From assembly GCF_001952655.1 (NCBI RefSeq), contig NW_018128417.1, positions 11,996-31,965 on the forward strand: a stretch of 19,970 nucleotides of DNA. Direction: 5' to 3'. The stretch comes from Monopterus albus. Its lineage: Eukaryota. A program made the translations under genes and the position numbers. This document shows positions 9,508 through 18,099 of this stretch, one piece after another. The first letter of the stretch is position 1. Every line of letters starts with the position of its first letter. The notes under the pieces are model-generated. The model was not told the origin of the DNA. It ran no database searches and was given only the letters and a program-made list of their open reading frames with translations.

Positions 9508-10524
9508 AGAATGGCTTAACAATTGCGCTTTTTCTACAAGATTAGGCTCAGTGTGGTCTGATGTCCCCAGAAATTGCACACTAGATTCATAGGAAGCGAT
9601 ATAATCTGAGTCCTGGTCAAAAGCAAAATTGGATATTGCCCCTTCATATGAGAAGACTTTGATTCCAGTTGTATCAGCTGCCATTACTGGGGCTAAAGAT
9701 GCTTCCTTTGCAAGATGTATAGGCACAGCTGCTGTACACAATTCCACAGAGACAGCGGAACTCTTCTCTGTGTCCAGAAGGTCAGGAGCTAATGAAGACG
9801 TCATTAAAGCACCCGTGGCTAATTCTTGAGCAAAGAAAGAGGGATGACTGCCTGAGTACATGGTAATGTCAGGTGAGGAGAATTCACCATGACGTTGCCT
9901 GAAGGCTCTCCTGTGTCCTGCTGACCGCTTCAATCGAGGCTCCATGTCACGAATGTTGCCTAAGAGGGCAGGAGGAGGAGCTGGGCAAGGAGGAGGAGGA
10001 GGAGCAGAGCCAGGAGGAAGAGGAGCTTGGCACAGAAGACGAGAAGCACGTCTAGGAGGGGGAGGGGCAGAGCAGGGAAGGGGAGGAGCAGAGCAAGGAG
10101 GAGGAGGAGCTGGGCAAGGTAGGGATGGAATCAACATAGTTTTAAGATAAGGAGATGGTCCAGGAAGAGCAGGAGCTAGGCGAGGAAGAGCAATAGGTGT
10201 GCCAGAAAGAGGGGGTGCTGGACAAGGAGCAGAACCAGAGTGAGCAAGAGCATGGAACGTACGAAGAATGTGGGGAGCAGGAGATAAAGAGAGTGCAGCA
10301 TTGCCAGAAAGAGGGGGGCAAGAGGTATCAAGACCTTCCATGAGGTCTATATCAGATAAGGCAAGTTCATCTTCAACAAAACTAACACCCATCGCTTCAT
10401 TTGATTCTGTGCCTGATTCCAATTCATGCGTCCTTTTTCTGCTCCTTTCCAACATTAGGTAATCCGAAAATGAAGCACCGTCTATTGGTAATTCCTCAGC
10501 CAAATCAGGTAAGGAGTAGCAAGT
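9508..10524 (-). CDS. VWA5A-like gene, large coding exon (339 codons) encoding a proline-rich low-complexity linker (..PCPAPPPPCSAPPLPCSAPPPPRRASRLLCQAPLPPGSAPPPPPCPAPPP..) followed by ..DHTEPNLVEKAQLLSHS
   Basis: Part of the 402-codon minus ORF 9346..10554. Proposed acceptor ttttctttatcag|ACTTGC at 10525-10526 is phase 0 and matches the upstream exon. Proposed donor CATTCT|gtagag at 9506-9507 is chosen because it joins ..NLVEKAQLLSHS to EGYWELTTEL in frame, mirroring the recalled human ..NHLVQLIYHQNA|NGSWDLNEDL. Exon boundaries are inference. Confidence 0.45.
9960..10140. repeat. Degenerate purine-rich minisatellite (GGAGGAGCAGAGC(A/C)AGG-like units) forming the proline-rich coding tract on the minus strand
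   Basis: Seen directly: ggaggaggagctgggcaaggaggaggaggaggagcagagccaggagg...ggaggagcagagcaaggaggaggaggagctgggcaagg. Confidence 0.75.
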
Positions 10525-10786
10525 CTGATAAAGAAAAGAAATTGAGAAAGCCAAAAAAAAAGTCAGAACCTATCTTAAAACAACTGCAATACAAACTTTT
10601 TTCCAGTTTATGCAATTAAATGTTTCTAGATCAGCTCTCTCAAAGCAAACTTTTAGGATTCCTGATCTAGGTTTTAACAAGTCCTTTCAGAATACCAGCC
10701 TGCCCCTGCTTTCACATTAAATGTCATTTTCTGTGAATCTCATGCAAAAAGACTGGAGTTATTATTATCATCCATAACTTCATATA

Positions 10787-12326
10787 CAGTGGGGAAAACA
10801 AGTATTTGATACACCGCCGATTATTCAAGTTTTCCCACTTACAAAGAATGGACAGATCTGTAATTTTCATCATAGGTACACCTCAACTGTGAGAGACAGA
10901 ATCTACAAAAAAATTCCAGAAAATCACAGTTAGATTTTTAAATAATTTATTTCCATTTTGTTGCATGAAATAAGTATTTGATACAATAGAAAAATAGAAC
11001 TTAATATTTGGTACCGAGGTCAGATGTTTCCTGTAGTTCTTGACCAGGTTTGCACACACTACAGCAGGGATTTTGGCCCACTCCTCCATACAGGTCTTCT
11101 CCAGATCTTTCAGGTTTTGAGGCTGTCGCTGGGCTCCCTCCATAGATTTTCTATTGGGTTCAGGTATGGAGACCGGCAAGGCCACTCCAGGACCTTGAAA
11201 TGCTTCTTACGGAGCCACTCCTTAGTTGCCCTGGCTGTGTGTTTGGGGTCACTGTCATGCTGGAAGACCCAGCCACAACCCATCTTCAATGCTCTTACTG
11301 AGGGAAGGAGGTTGCCCAAAATCTCGCGATACATGGCCCAATCCATCCTCTCCTCAATACGGTGCAGTTGTCCTGTCCCCTTTGCAGAAAAGCACCCCCA
11401 AAGCATGATGTTTCCACTCCCATGCTTCACGGTTGGGATGGTGTTCTTGGGATTGTACTCATCCTTCTTCTTCCTCCAAACACGGTGAGTGGAGTTTATA
11501 CCAAAAAGTTCTATTTTGGTCTCATCTGACCACATGACCTTCTGCCATGCCTCCTCTGGATCATCCAAATGGTCTTTGGCAAACTTCAGACAGGCCTGGA
11601 CATGTGCTGGCTTGAGCAGAGGGACTTTGCGTGCGCTGCAGGATTTTAAGCCATGACGGTGTAGTGTGTTACTAATGGTAACTGTTGAGACTGCGGTCCC
11701 AGCTCTCTTCAGGTCATTGGCCAGGTCCTCCTGTGTAGTTCTAGGCTGATCCCTCACCTTTCTCAGCATCACTGATACTCCACGAGGTGAGATCTTGCAT
11801 GGAGCCCCAGTCCGAGGGAGATTGACAGTCATCTTGAATTTCTTCCATTTTCTCATAATTGCACCAACACTTGCTCACCAGGCTGTTTGCCTATTGTCCT
11901 GTAGCCCATCCCAGCCTTGTGCAGGTCTACAATTTTGTTCCTAGTGTTCTTAGACAGCTCTCTCTTGCTATAGTGGAGAAGTTGGAGTCTGATAGATTGA
12001 GTGTGTGGACAGGTGTCTTTTATACAGGTAACGAGTTCAAACAGGTGCAATTAATACAGGCAATGAGTGGAGGATAGGAGGGCTTCTTAAAGACAAACTA
12101 ACAGGTCTGTGAGAGCCAGAATTCTTGCTGGTTGGTAGGTGATCAAATACTTATTTCATGCAATAAAATGGAAATAAATTATTTAAAAATCTAACGGAAT
12201 TTTTTTGTAGTTTCTGTCTCTCACAGTTGAGGTGTACCTACGGTGAAAATTACAGATCTGTCCATTCTCTGTTAGTGTGAAAACTTGAAAAATTGGCAGT
12301 GTATCAAATACTTATTTGCCCCACTG
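10787..12326 (-). mobile_element. Tc1-like (Tc1/mariner, IR/DR-type) DNA transposon, full length (1540 bp) but inactivated
   Basis: Ends CAGTGGGGAAAACAAGTATTTGATACACC (10787-) and GGCAGTGTATCAAATACTTATTTGCCCCACTG (-12326) are inverted repeats. Inner copies of ..AAGTATTTGATACA.. lie at ~10970 and ~12135, giving an IR/DR structure. TA at 10785-10786 and 12327-12328. The DDE transposase lies inside. Confidence 0.9.
10883..12050 (-). pseudogene. Tc1-family DDE transposase, split across three frames (frameshifted; initiator Met lost)
   Basis: ORFs 11853..12050 (..[29 protein letters not shown]..), 11110..11856 (..[11 protein letters not shown]...[13 protein letters not shown]...[10 protein letters not shown]...[17 protein letters not shown]..) and 10883..11185 (..[31 protein letters not shown]..) are colinear with Sleeping Beauty/Tc1 transposase (helix-turn-helix, DD(34)E and C-terminal motifs). 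Confidence 0.9.
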
Positions 12327-12470
12327 TATCAACAGTAACTTACCAATGAGCAAATGAATGAGCACTGCTTTGCTTTATCAATATGAGTGTGATGTCGCAC
12401 AAGGATATGGGACTCATTAATTAACAATTAACATTTAGGACTCATTAACCTAATAAGTGTTACTTATTAT

Positions 12471-12488
12471 CCCCCCCCCCCCCCCCCC
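12471..12488. repeat. C18 homopolymer
   Basis: Seen directly, about 145 bp from the Tc1 element end. Confidence 0.95.
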
Positions 12489-12767
12489 ACTTTTCCTGCT
12501 TTAAAAAACAACAGCTCACTCTAAAGAATGCATTTGTCTTCCCCAGCAAGAAATTACAAACATGCCGTTGTGGTTTATGTATGAAGGGAATTGGTGAATA
12601 ATGTGGAGAGGCTGAGGCCTGCCCATCATAGTTCAACAAAGAGACAAAGAGATAAAAGCAGGACTAGCACATACCAACAGGTAAATTTGCTCTTTCCCCT
12701 CTCCCTGGTTATACTACACACTGTGTGATGTTACCTCCAAAAAAAACCAAAAGAAAAAAAAACATAC

Positions 12768-12911
12768 ATCACATAGTACATCTGACAGTTCTTTGTCCTC
12801 CTCTTCACTATGCTCAGGAGAAATCCAGCTGATGTATGTGAGGATGTCCACATCTTCCTCTGCAATCAACTTGGGGATGTCTGTGAAACCATCCTCTGTT
12901 TGTTCTGGGTC
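12768..12911 (-). CDS. VWA5A-like gene, coding exon (DPEQTEDGFTDIPKLIAEEDVDILTYISWISPEHSEEEDKELSDVLCD)
   Basis: Acceptor cttccatattttag|GACCCAG at 12912-12913. Donor GAT|gtatgt at 12766-12767; an alternative donor GAT|gtacta lies 9 nt upstream. Open in one frame, phase 0/0. Confidence 0.45.
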
Positions 12912-13006
12912 CTAAAATATGGAAGAGGAGTTTGGTTGGGAGCTACCAGAAGTGGATACAAATAAAAAGGTAGAAATGTTTAAAATCCAGTGACAACTGC
13001 ACAAAC

Positions 13007-13102
13007 CCTTTCCTCAATGGCCACAAAGCTGGTGAACTGAGACAGGATGGAGAACTCTCTGCTCAACCCAATGATGAAGGATTTCAGCTCCGCTTTCTTC
13101 CC
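13007..13102 (-). CDS. VWA5A-like gene, coding exon (GKKAELKSFIIGLSREFSILSQFTSFVAIEER)
   Basis: Acceptor ctctcttccag|GGGAAG at 13103-13104. Donor GGAAAGG|gtttgtgc at 13005-13006. Matches the recalled human VWA5A segment ..KKDALNLSLESGVISSFTAFIAINKE.. Confidence 0.6.
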
Positions 13103-13202
13103 CTGGAAGAGAGGGAGAGAAAATAAACCATGTGGAGCTCAGACTGGATTTAAACTGAGGTGTGTTGCTTTTGGCCTCACTCAATGACACACACAAACGC
13201 AC

Positions 13203-13319
13203 CTCATGTTCAGCTTCATCACTATCCAGGCTTCCGTCTTCATAATCCCTGATGAGGGCCCTTGCTGTGAGCTTGTGAAGAAACTGAACACATACATCAA
13301 TACACATTATAATCATCAC
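13203..13319 (-). CDS. VWA5A-like gene, coding exon (..IDVCVQFLHKLTARALIRDYEDGSLDSDEAEHE)
   Basis: Donor CATGAG|gtgcgt at 13201-13202. Matches recalled human ..PDVNLTIHRLAARSLLQTKDMG... The 5' boundary is uncertain: acceptor catgag|GTGATG at 13320-13321 gives phase 0. Confidence 0.5.
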
Positions 13320-13439
13320 CTCATGTTCATGATAATGACAGTCACCATCAATTAGTTGCCAGGTTACTCAGAGAAATCTGAGGGCTGTTTCACAAAACCT
13401 AGATAGTGCATTAAGCTGGGCTTTTCCAGTTATCCTGGC

Positions 13440-13652
13440 TGAACTTAGCTGTGAATCCATCCGTTATCTATACTGCTTATCCTGAAGAGGGTCATGGGGG
13501 GCTGGAGCCAATCCCAGCTGACACTGGGTGAGAGGCAGGGTCCACCCTGGACACGTCACCAGTCTATCACAGGGCTGACACAGACAGACAACCACAGACA
13601 CGTTCTTGGTGTGAGGCAGCAACGCTAATCACTGCACCACCATGCCACCCCT
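13440..13652 (-). mobile_element. tRNA-derived SINE (Deu-domain-type), internally deleted; tRNA-like head at the high-coordinate end
   Basis: Reverse complement of 13590-13652 reads GGGGTGGCATGGTGGTGCAGTGATTAGCGTTGCTGCCTCACACCAAGAACGTG, a tRNA-like head with A and B boxes. 13470-13560 (ggctggagccaatcccagctgacactgggtgagaggcagggtccaccctggacacgtcaccagtctatcacagggc) matches the tail of the same teleost SINE family as 3403-3665. Confidence 0.55.
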
Positions 13653-13774
13653 AGCCATGAAATGGATTCACAAAAGCAGTAGTGCATAAATTATCATGGA
13701 GATTTATTCTGTGCAGCCTCCTTAGTCCAGGCTAACAGCCAGGCTCCATTAATCCTATTCCCTTATCTGTTCTG

Positions 13775-14730
13775 TTAGCAGTCACTCTGTGTCTTATCAT
13801 CTTTATGCAGATGATGTTCAAATTTATTGCTCTTTTAATGACTCTGAGTTCCATTTTTTAGCTACATTGTTAGAGTGCTTGTCATCCATCAAGAACTGGT
13901 TTAACAGTAACTATCCTCATATAAACTCTAATAAGACTGAAGTGCTGATTATTGCGCCTGATAATAAGATCCCGTCAATCAGACAACGCCTTGGTTCATT
14001 GGGCTCCTCTGTCCAGTCGAGCCTCAGAAACCTTGGTGTTGTGTTTGATCACACTATGTCTCTCGATTGTCATGTAAGACAGGTGGTAAAAAATTGTTTT
14101 TATCATCTGAGGAATATTTCTAAATTAAGGCAAATGTTATCAAAGGTTGACCTGGAGATGATTATCCATGCTTTTATCTCTGCACGTCTTGATTATTGTA
14201 ATTCCCTTCTTATTGGTTACAATAAGTCAACTGTAAATCGTCTTCAGATTGTGCAGAATGCTGCAGTTTTTATCACCTAAAGAATATTTCTAAACTAAGG
14301 CAAATGTTATCAAAGGTTGATTTGGAAATGATTATGCATGCTTTTATCTCTGCACGTGTTGATTACTGTAATTCCCTTCTTATCTGTTACAATAAGTCAA
14401 CTGTGAATTATCTTCAGATTGTGCAAAATGCTGCAGTGAGGCTTTTAACAGGAACCCCTAGAAGAGCTCATATTACGCCTGTCTTATTTTCACTTCACTG
14501 GTTACCAGTCAGGTTTAGAATTGATTTTAAAATTTTAGTACTAACATTTAGGGCACTTCATGGTCAGGCACCTCAGTATATTGCTGACCTATTGACCCCA
14601 TATTTTCCGAAGCGTGCTCTCCACTCCTCAAGTCAGGCCATTTTAGTGGTCCCCAAAACCCGTTTGAAAACTAGGGGGGGCCTGTCTTTTCAGGCTCTGG
14701 CTCCCACAGTTACTGTTATATAGAGCCTGT
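13775..14730 (+). mobile_element. L2-clade LINE, 5'-truncated (RT C-terminal half plus 3' region)
   Basis: Plus ORF starts ..SYHLYADDVQIY (RT YxDD box). It continues ..IKNWF..NYPHINSNKTEVLII...LGVVFD..MSLDCHVRQVVKNCFYHLRNISKLRQMLSKVDLEMIIHAFISARLDYCNSLL.G..KST...LQIVQNAA(V)RLLTG..R..HITPVLFSLHWLPVRFRIDFKILVLTFRALHGQAPQYIADLLTPY..RALHSS...LVVPKTRLKTRG, the classic fish L2 ORF2 C-terminus. Confidence 0.75.
14097..14437 (+). repeat. 170-bp tandem duplication inside the L2 RT-coding region (copy 1 14097-14266, copy 2 14267-14437)
   Basis: Seen directly. ..ttttatcatctgaggaatatttctaaattaaggcaaatgttatcaaaggttgacctggagatgatt..ctgcagt recurs immediately with about 93% identity. At the protein level RNISKLRQMLSKVDLEMIIHAFISAR.DYCNSLL.GYNKSTVN.LQIVQNAAV is encoded twice. 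Confidence 0.85.
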
Positions 14731-14934
14731 ATGAATCATTCCACAAAAATGGTTGAAGTGCTGTCACTTAGCCTATTTTTACAGACACCAAAATCCTTAA
14801 AGTTGACATAATCATAGTAATTTCATTCTAATGACAAAACACAGATTATTCATCTGATGTTCAATTTTAGCAAATTAATTAAATGTCTTGTCATTTTGAG
14901 CATAGACCTACCTTTCATAATTTTTTCATGAATT

Positions 14935-15660
14935 CAGTTTCTTTCAAAAAAGAAAAAATCCTGACACTTGCAGACAACACGATGGTCATTGGCCTCATTC
15001 AAGACGGTGACGAGTCGGCCTACAGACGGGAGGTTGAACAACTGGCCCTGTCGTGCGGTCGTAACAACCTGGAGCTGAACACACGGAAGACAGTGGAGAT
15101 GATAGTGGATTTTAGGAGGAGCTCCACCACTCTATCTCCACTCACTATACTCAGCAGCACTGTTTCAGTCATGGAGTCCTACAAGTTCCTGGGCTCCACA
15201 ATCTCTCGTGACTTGAAGTGGGCAACCAACATCAGCACCATCATTAAAAAGGCATCAGAGGATGTACTTCCTGCGTCAGATCAGGAAGTTCAACCTGCCC
15301 CAGGAACTTTTGATTAAGGTCTATAGAGGAACCATCGAGTCTGTTCGCTGCTCATCCATCACTGTCTGGTTTGTTCCAGGAACCAAATAGGACAGGAACA
15401 GATTTCAGCGAACAGTCAGGACTTTGGAGAAAATCATTGGTGCAACCCTGCCCTTCATAGAGGACCTGTACACCTCACCGGTCAAAAAGAGGGCAGAGGA
15501 GATTTCTGCGGACCACTTACATCCTGGACACAAAGTGTCTGAACACCTTCCCTGTGGACGGCGTTACAGGTAAGACAAGCAGACACAGAGACAATTTCTT
15601 CCCCAGGCTATTACACTCTTGAACAGCCAGTCTATGTTTCCCCTTTTAACTTGTATATAT
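14935..15660 (+). mobile_element. CR1/L2-clade LINE (Rex1/Babar- or jockey-like), 5'-truncated RT C-terminal fragment with frameshifts
   Basis: ORF 14883..15317 ..LADNTMVIGLIQDGDESAYRREVEQLALSCGRNNLELNTRKTVEMIVDFRR....LSPLTI.SSTV..MESYKFLGSTISRDLKW..NISTIIKKA.. continues out of frame as ..YFLRQIRKFNLPQELLIKVYRGTIESV...ITVWF....RNRFQRTVRTLEKIIGATLPFIEDLYTSPVKKRAEEI..D..HPGH.....LPCGRRYR....QTQRQFLPQAITLLNSQ. This is the familiar fish LINE RT tail (..FFPQAIRLLN). Confidence 0.65.
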
Positions 15661-15884
15661 TTTGTATTTATTCTGTTTTTAATCGGGGGCCATTGGGCTG
15701 GAGTCAAATTCCTTGTATTTTTGATAATACTTGGCAATAAAGTTTATGCTTATTATTTCATCGGCTTTATTAAATGGAACACTGAAATAAAACAAATAAG
15801 CTAGCTAATCATTATTAATATTAAAGAGATATCACCCAACAAGCACAGTGCCATTCGTGCGAGGAGTCCGTTCATTTTCACTAC

Positions 15885-15953
15885 ACTACCTAAGCAACAT
15901 GCTGGCATGGTCAAATGGAACACAGCTTCTGTGTCAGTGAATGTGTGATCAAC
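15885..15953 (-). CDS. VWA5A-like gene, small coding exon (VDHTFTDTEAVFHLTMPACCLGS); boundaries tentative
   Basis: Open in one frame only. HTFTDTEAVFHL matches the recalled human KTFEDKVTFPL. Acceptor cacgag|GTT (weak polypyrimidine tract) and donor AGT|gtagtg are chosen to keep phase 0 with the neighbours. The alternative donor G|gtagtg gives phase 1 and no compatible downstream acceptor. Confidence 0.35.
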
Positions 15954-16641
15954 CTCGTGTTCTGGTGAAGAAAACAGTGAACACGGATTCATCCAAATTA
16001 CTTACACCTGGCTTCATCCAGCTAGGCATCCTCAACCTGGTTTGGCCTTCGTGAAACGTATTAAGCCAGGATGCACTTAACACACTTTCTCATGTTATCC
16101 TGGAATTTTTAATTCTGCTTTTGTGAAACAGCCCTCAGGTTATGTGGGTACCTAGTGTGTTTACATGCAGTCTAGTCACCTGGTAATGTAAATCTGTTTA
16201 TACATGCAGCAGATCATTACCCAGATTTCTCCTCCACCCGTGACTTATTTTGGAAGGATGGGCCACTGAATTCAATTGCATAGAGATAGAAAATGCTGCT
16301 TCCTGTCTTTTTTTTTCTACTGTATATCGGAGCGAACCGACAGCATAGCGAGAGAGACAAGACGGCAGACATAGTGGAGCGTCTTTTCACAGCACACTGT
16401 TTAAAATAATCCTGACACTCTTCTCTGCTACTTTCTTGTCTTCAGTGTTTTATCGTGCATCTGCAGAAAGCCAGTGACCTCCAAGAGAAATCTAGCTAGG
16501 GAAATGAGGTTTTTGTAATCCCCTATATGATTACAAAAAATGAGTTTTGATTTGTTTAGTTTTTTTTTTGTTTAAATGACAGATTAATCTGCTGGAGAAA
16601 TCTGACTAACAGGTCAGTGTGTGTGCTTACTGTGCCCCTGG

Positions 16642-16722
16642 TCTTCTGCAGCTCGCTGGTCGACACCATCGTTTTAAGCTCCTGACCACTTAGGTTTCCA
16701 AGGAGGGTGGCCTGCAAAAATA
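16642..16722 (-). CDS. VWA5A-like gene, coding exon (ATLLGNLSGQELKTMVSTSELQKTRGT)
   Basis: Acceptor catatttttgcag|GCCACC at 16723-16724. Donor GGCACA|gtaagc at 16640-16641. Single open frame, 81 nt, phase 0/0. Confidence 0.45.
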
Positions 16723-16927
16723 TGCCAAATATTTCCTTGTTTATTGCTTCTTAAATATGAGACTTTGCTACATCTTATTGTACATTTTTATTGTTGTTTC
16801 TGACAAAAAAACTAATTTGCCGCAATTTCTTCAGTTTTTCTGCAATTTGAAGATGTCACCTTGCGCTTTGGGAAACTGAAGAGTTTCTAATATTTTATAC
16901 ACTAAACAATTAAGATGCAGTTCATAC

Positions 16928-17098
16928 CTGAGTGCAGTGTGGCACAAAGCCATAGACCAGGGTGTGGCAGTCATTGAACAGAGCATGGAGTTGCTTGGGG
17001 GCTTGTACAGGAGTAGGTGCTGTTGGGCTGAACTGCTGCCACTTCACTGAAACGGAACTGCAACCAGGAGACGTCATACGCTTCACCTGACGTGCCAC
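16928..17098 (-). CDS. VWA5A-like gene, coding exon (VARQVKRMTSPGCSSVSVKWQQFSPTAPTPVQAPKQLHALFNDCHTLVYGFVPHCTQ)
   Basis: Acceptor tgtgcctgtag|GTGGCA at 17099-17100. Donor CACTCAG|gtatga at 16926-16927. Aligns to the recalled human ..ALRTLKRSLQPAVEDVSLSWHLPPGLSAKMLSPEQTVIFRGQRLISYAQLTG. Confidence 0.55.
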
Positions 17099-18054
17099 CT
17101 ACAGGCACAACAGACATGTCACACTTAACAGCTGTTGTACTGGGAATGCAGTGGGACTGAAAAGATCCTCTTGTGAGACATGTCAAGTCCTAAGTCTTGC
17201 TTGATGAACATCATATATCCCCTGGGATGAAGCAGCAGATCCATTTGGACAAATACATATTTACAGCAAGACAAAAATGATAAATAAAAAAAAAACAAAA
17301 TGATCACACCTTGTTTTTTTTTTTTACTGAAAAGGCACTGATTATACAATAGTGCAACAACACCCTATAAGCCTCAAGGCCTGGACGAAAGCATTTATTA
17401 CATTAGTTCACAAATGCTGTTACAATAAAGGGGCTATGATTAGTGTTTTTTTAATAGCAGTGTACAGTACTGCACCAATGACAATGTGGAAACAAAGTGA
17501 CAATCTGAAAGGGGTCTTAGTGAAGAACCTACAGAGAATCAGTGTTTAGCTGTCTGGACCACGAGGTCACTGTTCTGGCTCACTCAAAGAGCTCTCGCAG
17601 TGTCGGTTTCAGACTCAGCAAGCAGCGGTTTTCAGTGACAAAGCTCTGAAAACCCACTGTTCAATCCACCAAATTGGAGACAGACAAAATTAGAGACTAG
17701 CTGGGGGAAACAGGATTTAGCAGCTAAAGGGCCAGAGATTTTCCTCAGGAGGTGGTAGAGACCAAAACAGAAAATAAATTGGACTGACATTCATCAGGTG
17801 GGCAGCGTCAATGATAATGCTGCTCCTTAAATGCTGAATAAGTAAGTTTGCTAATACAGTGTATATGTCACCACAAAACGTGTTCACAACTTGTTTCCAA
17901 TGCCCTGAAGTTGCCACAATATCAGTTACTGCAGGCTTGACTGTGAATCATTTATCTTAACTGAGGTACAGAAACAATATACTGCATTTTTTTCATCATA
18001 AAATCAGGAAAAATGAAAAAATTAAAACCACAATAATTACTAGCAAAAAAACAA

Positions 18055-18066
18055 CCCCCCCCCCCC
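18055..18066. repeat. C12 homopolymer (G12 on the gene strand), 35 nt inside the intron downstream of exon 18100-18199
   Basis: Seen directly. A further G6 on plus at 18083-18088. Confidence 0.95.
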
Positions 18067-18099
18067 ACCACAACACCTAAAAGGGGGGCGTCTTTTTAC

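Noticed and set aside
9944-10150. Plus-strand glycine-rich ORF (GGGAGQGGGGGAEPGGRG...)
   Set aside because: It is the antisense reading of the purine-rich minisatellite that encodes the proline-rich tract on the minus strand. The absence of stops is a composition artefact.
9346-10554. The 402-aa ORF taken as a stand-alone gene starting at the annotated M
   Set aside because: The M at 10552-10554 is TTG; the ORF track uses alternative starts. The frame simply runs open from an upstream stop. It is better explained as an internal exon (acceptor at 10525) of the VWA5A-like gene, followed by intronic read-through.
11024-11488. Plus-strand 154-aa and 60-aa ORFs inside the Tc1 element
   Set aside because: Antisense to the recognisable Tc1 transposase and with no similarity to anything I know. 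Open frames are expected by chance in this GC-balanced region.
13014-13319. The 101-aa minus ORF as a single continuous coding unit
   Set aside because: Only its first 39 codons (13319-13203) match the VWA5A-like protein. After the GTGCGT donor the frame reads on into intron. The downstream exon (13102-13007) is in a different frame from this ORF.
17281-17330. A10...T13 (aaaaaaaaaacaaaatgatcacaccttgttttttttttttt) as a possible hairpin or terminator-like structure
   Set aside because: The A and T runs are on the same strand and would pair, but this is intronic eukaryotic DNA. It is most likely the remnant of a retroposon polyA tail next to a T-run and has no terminator role.
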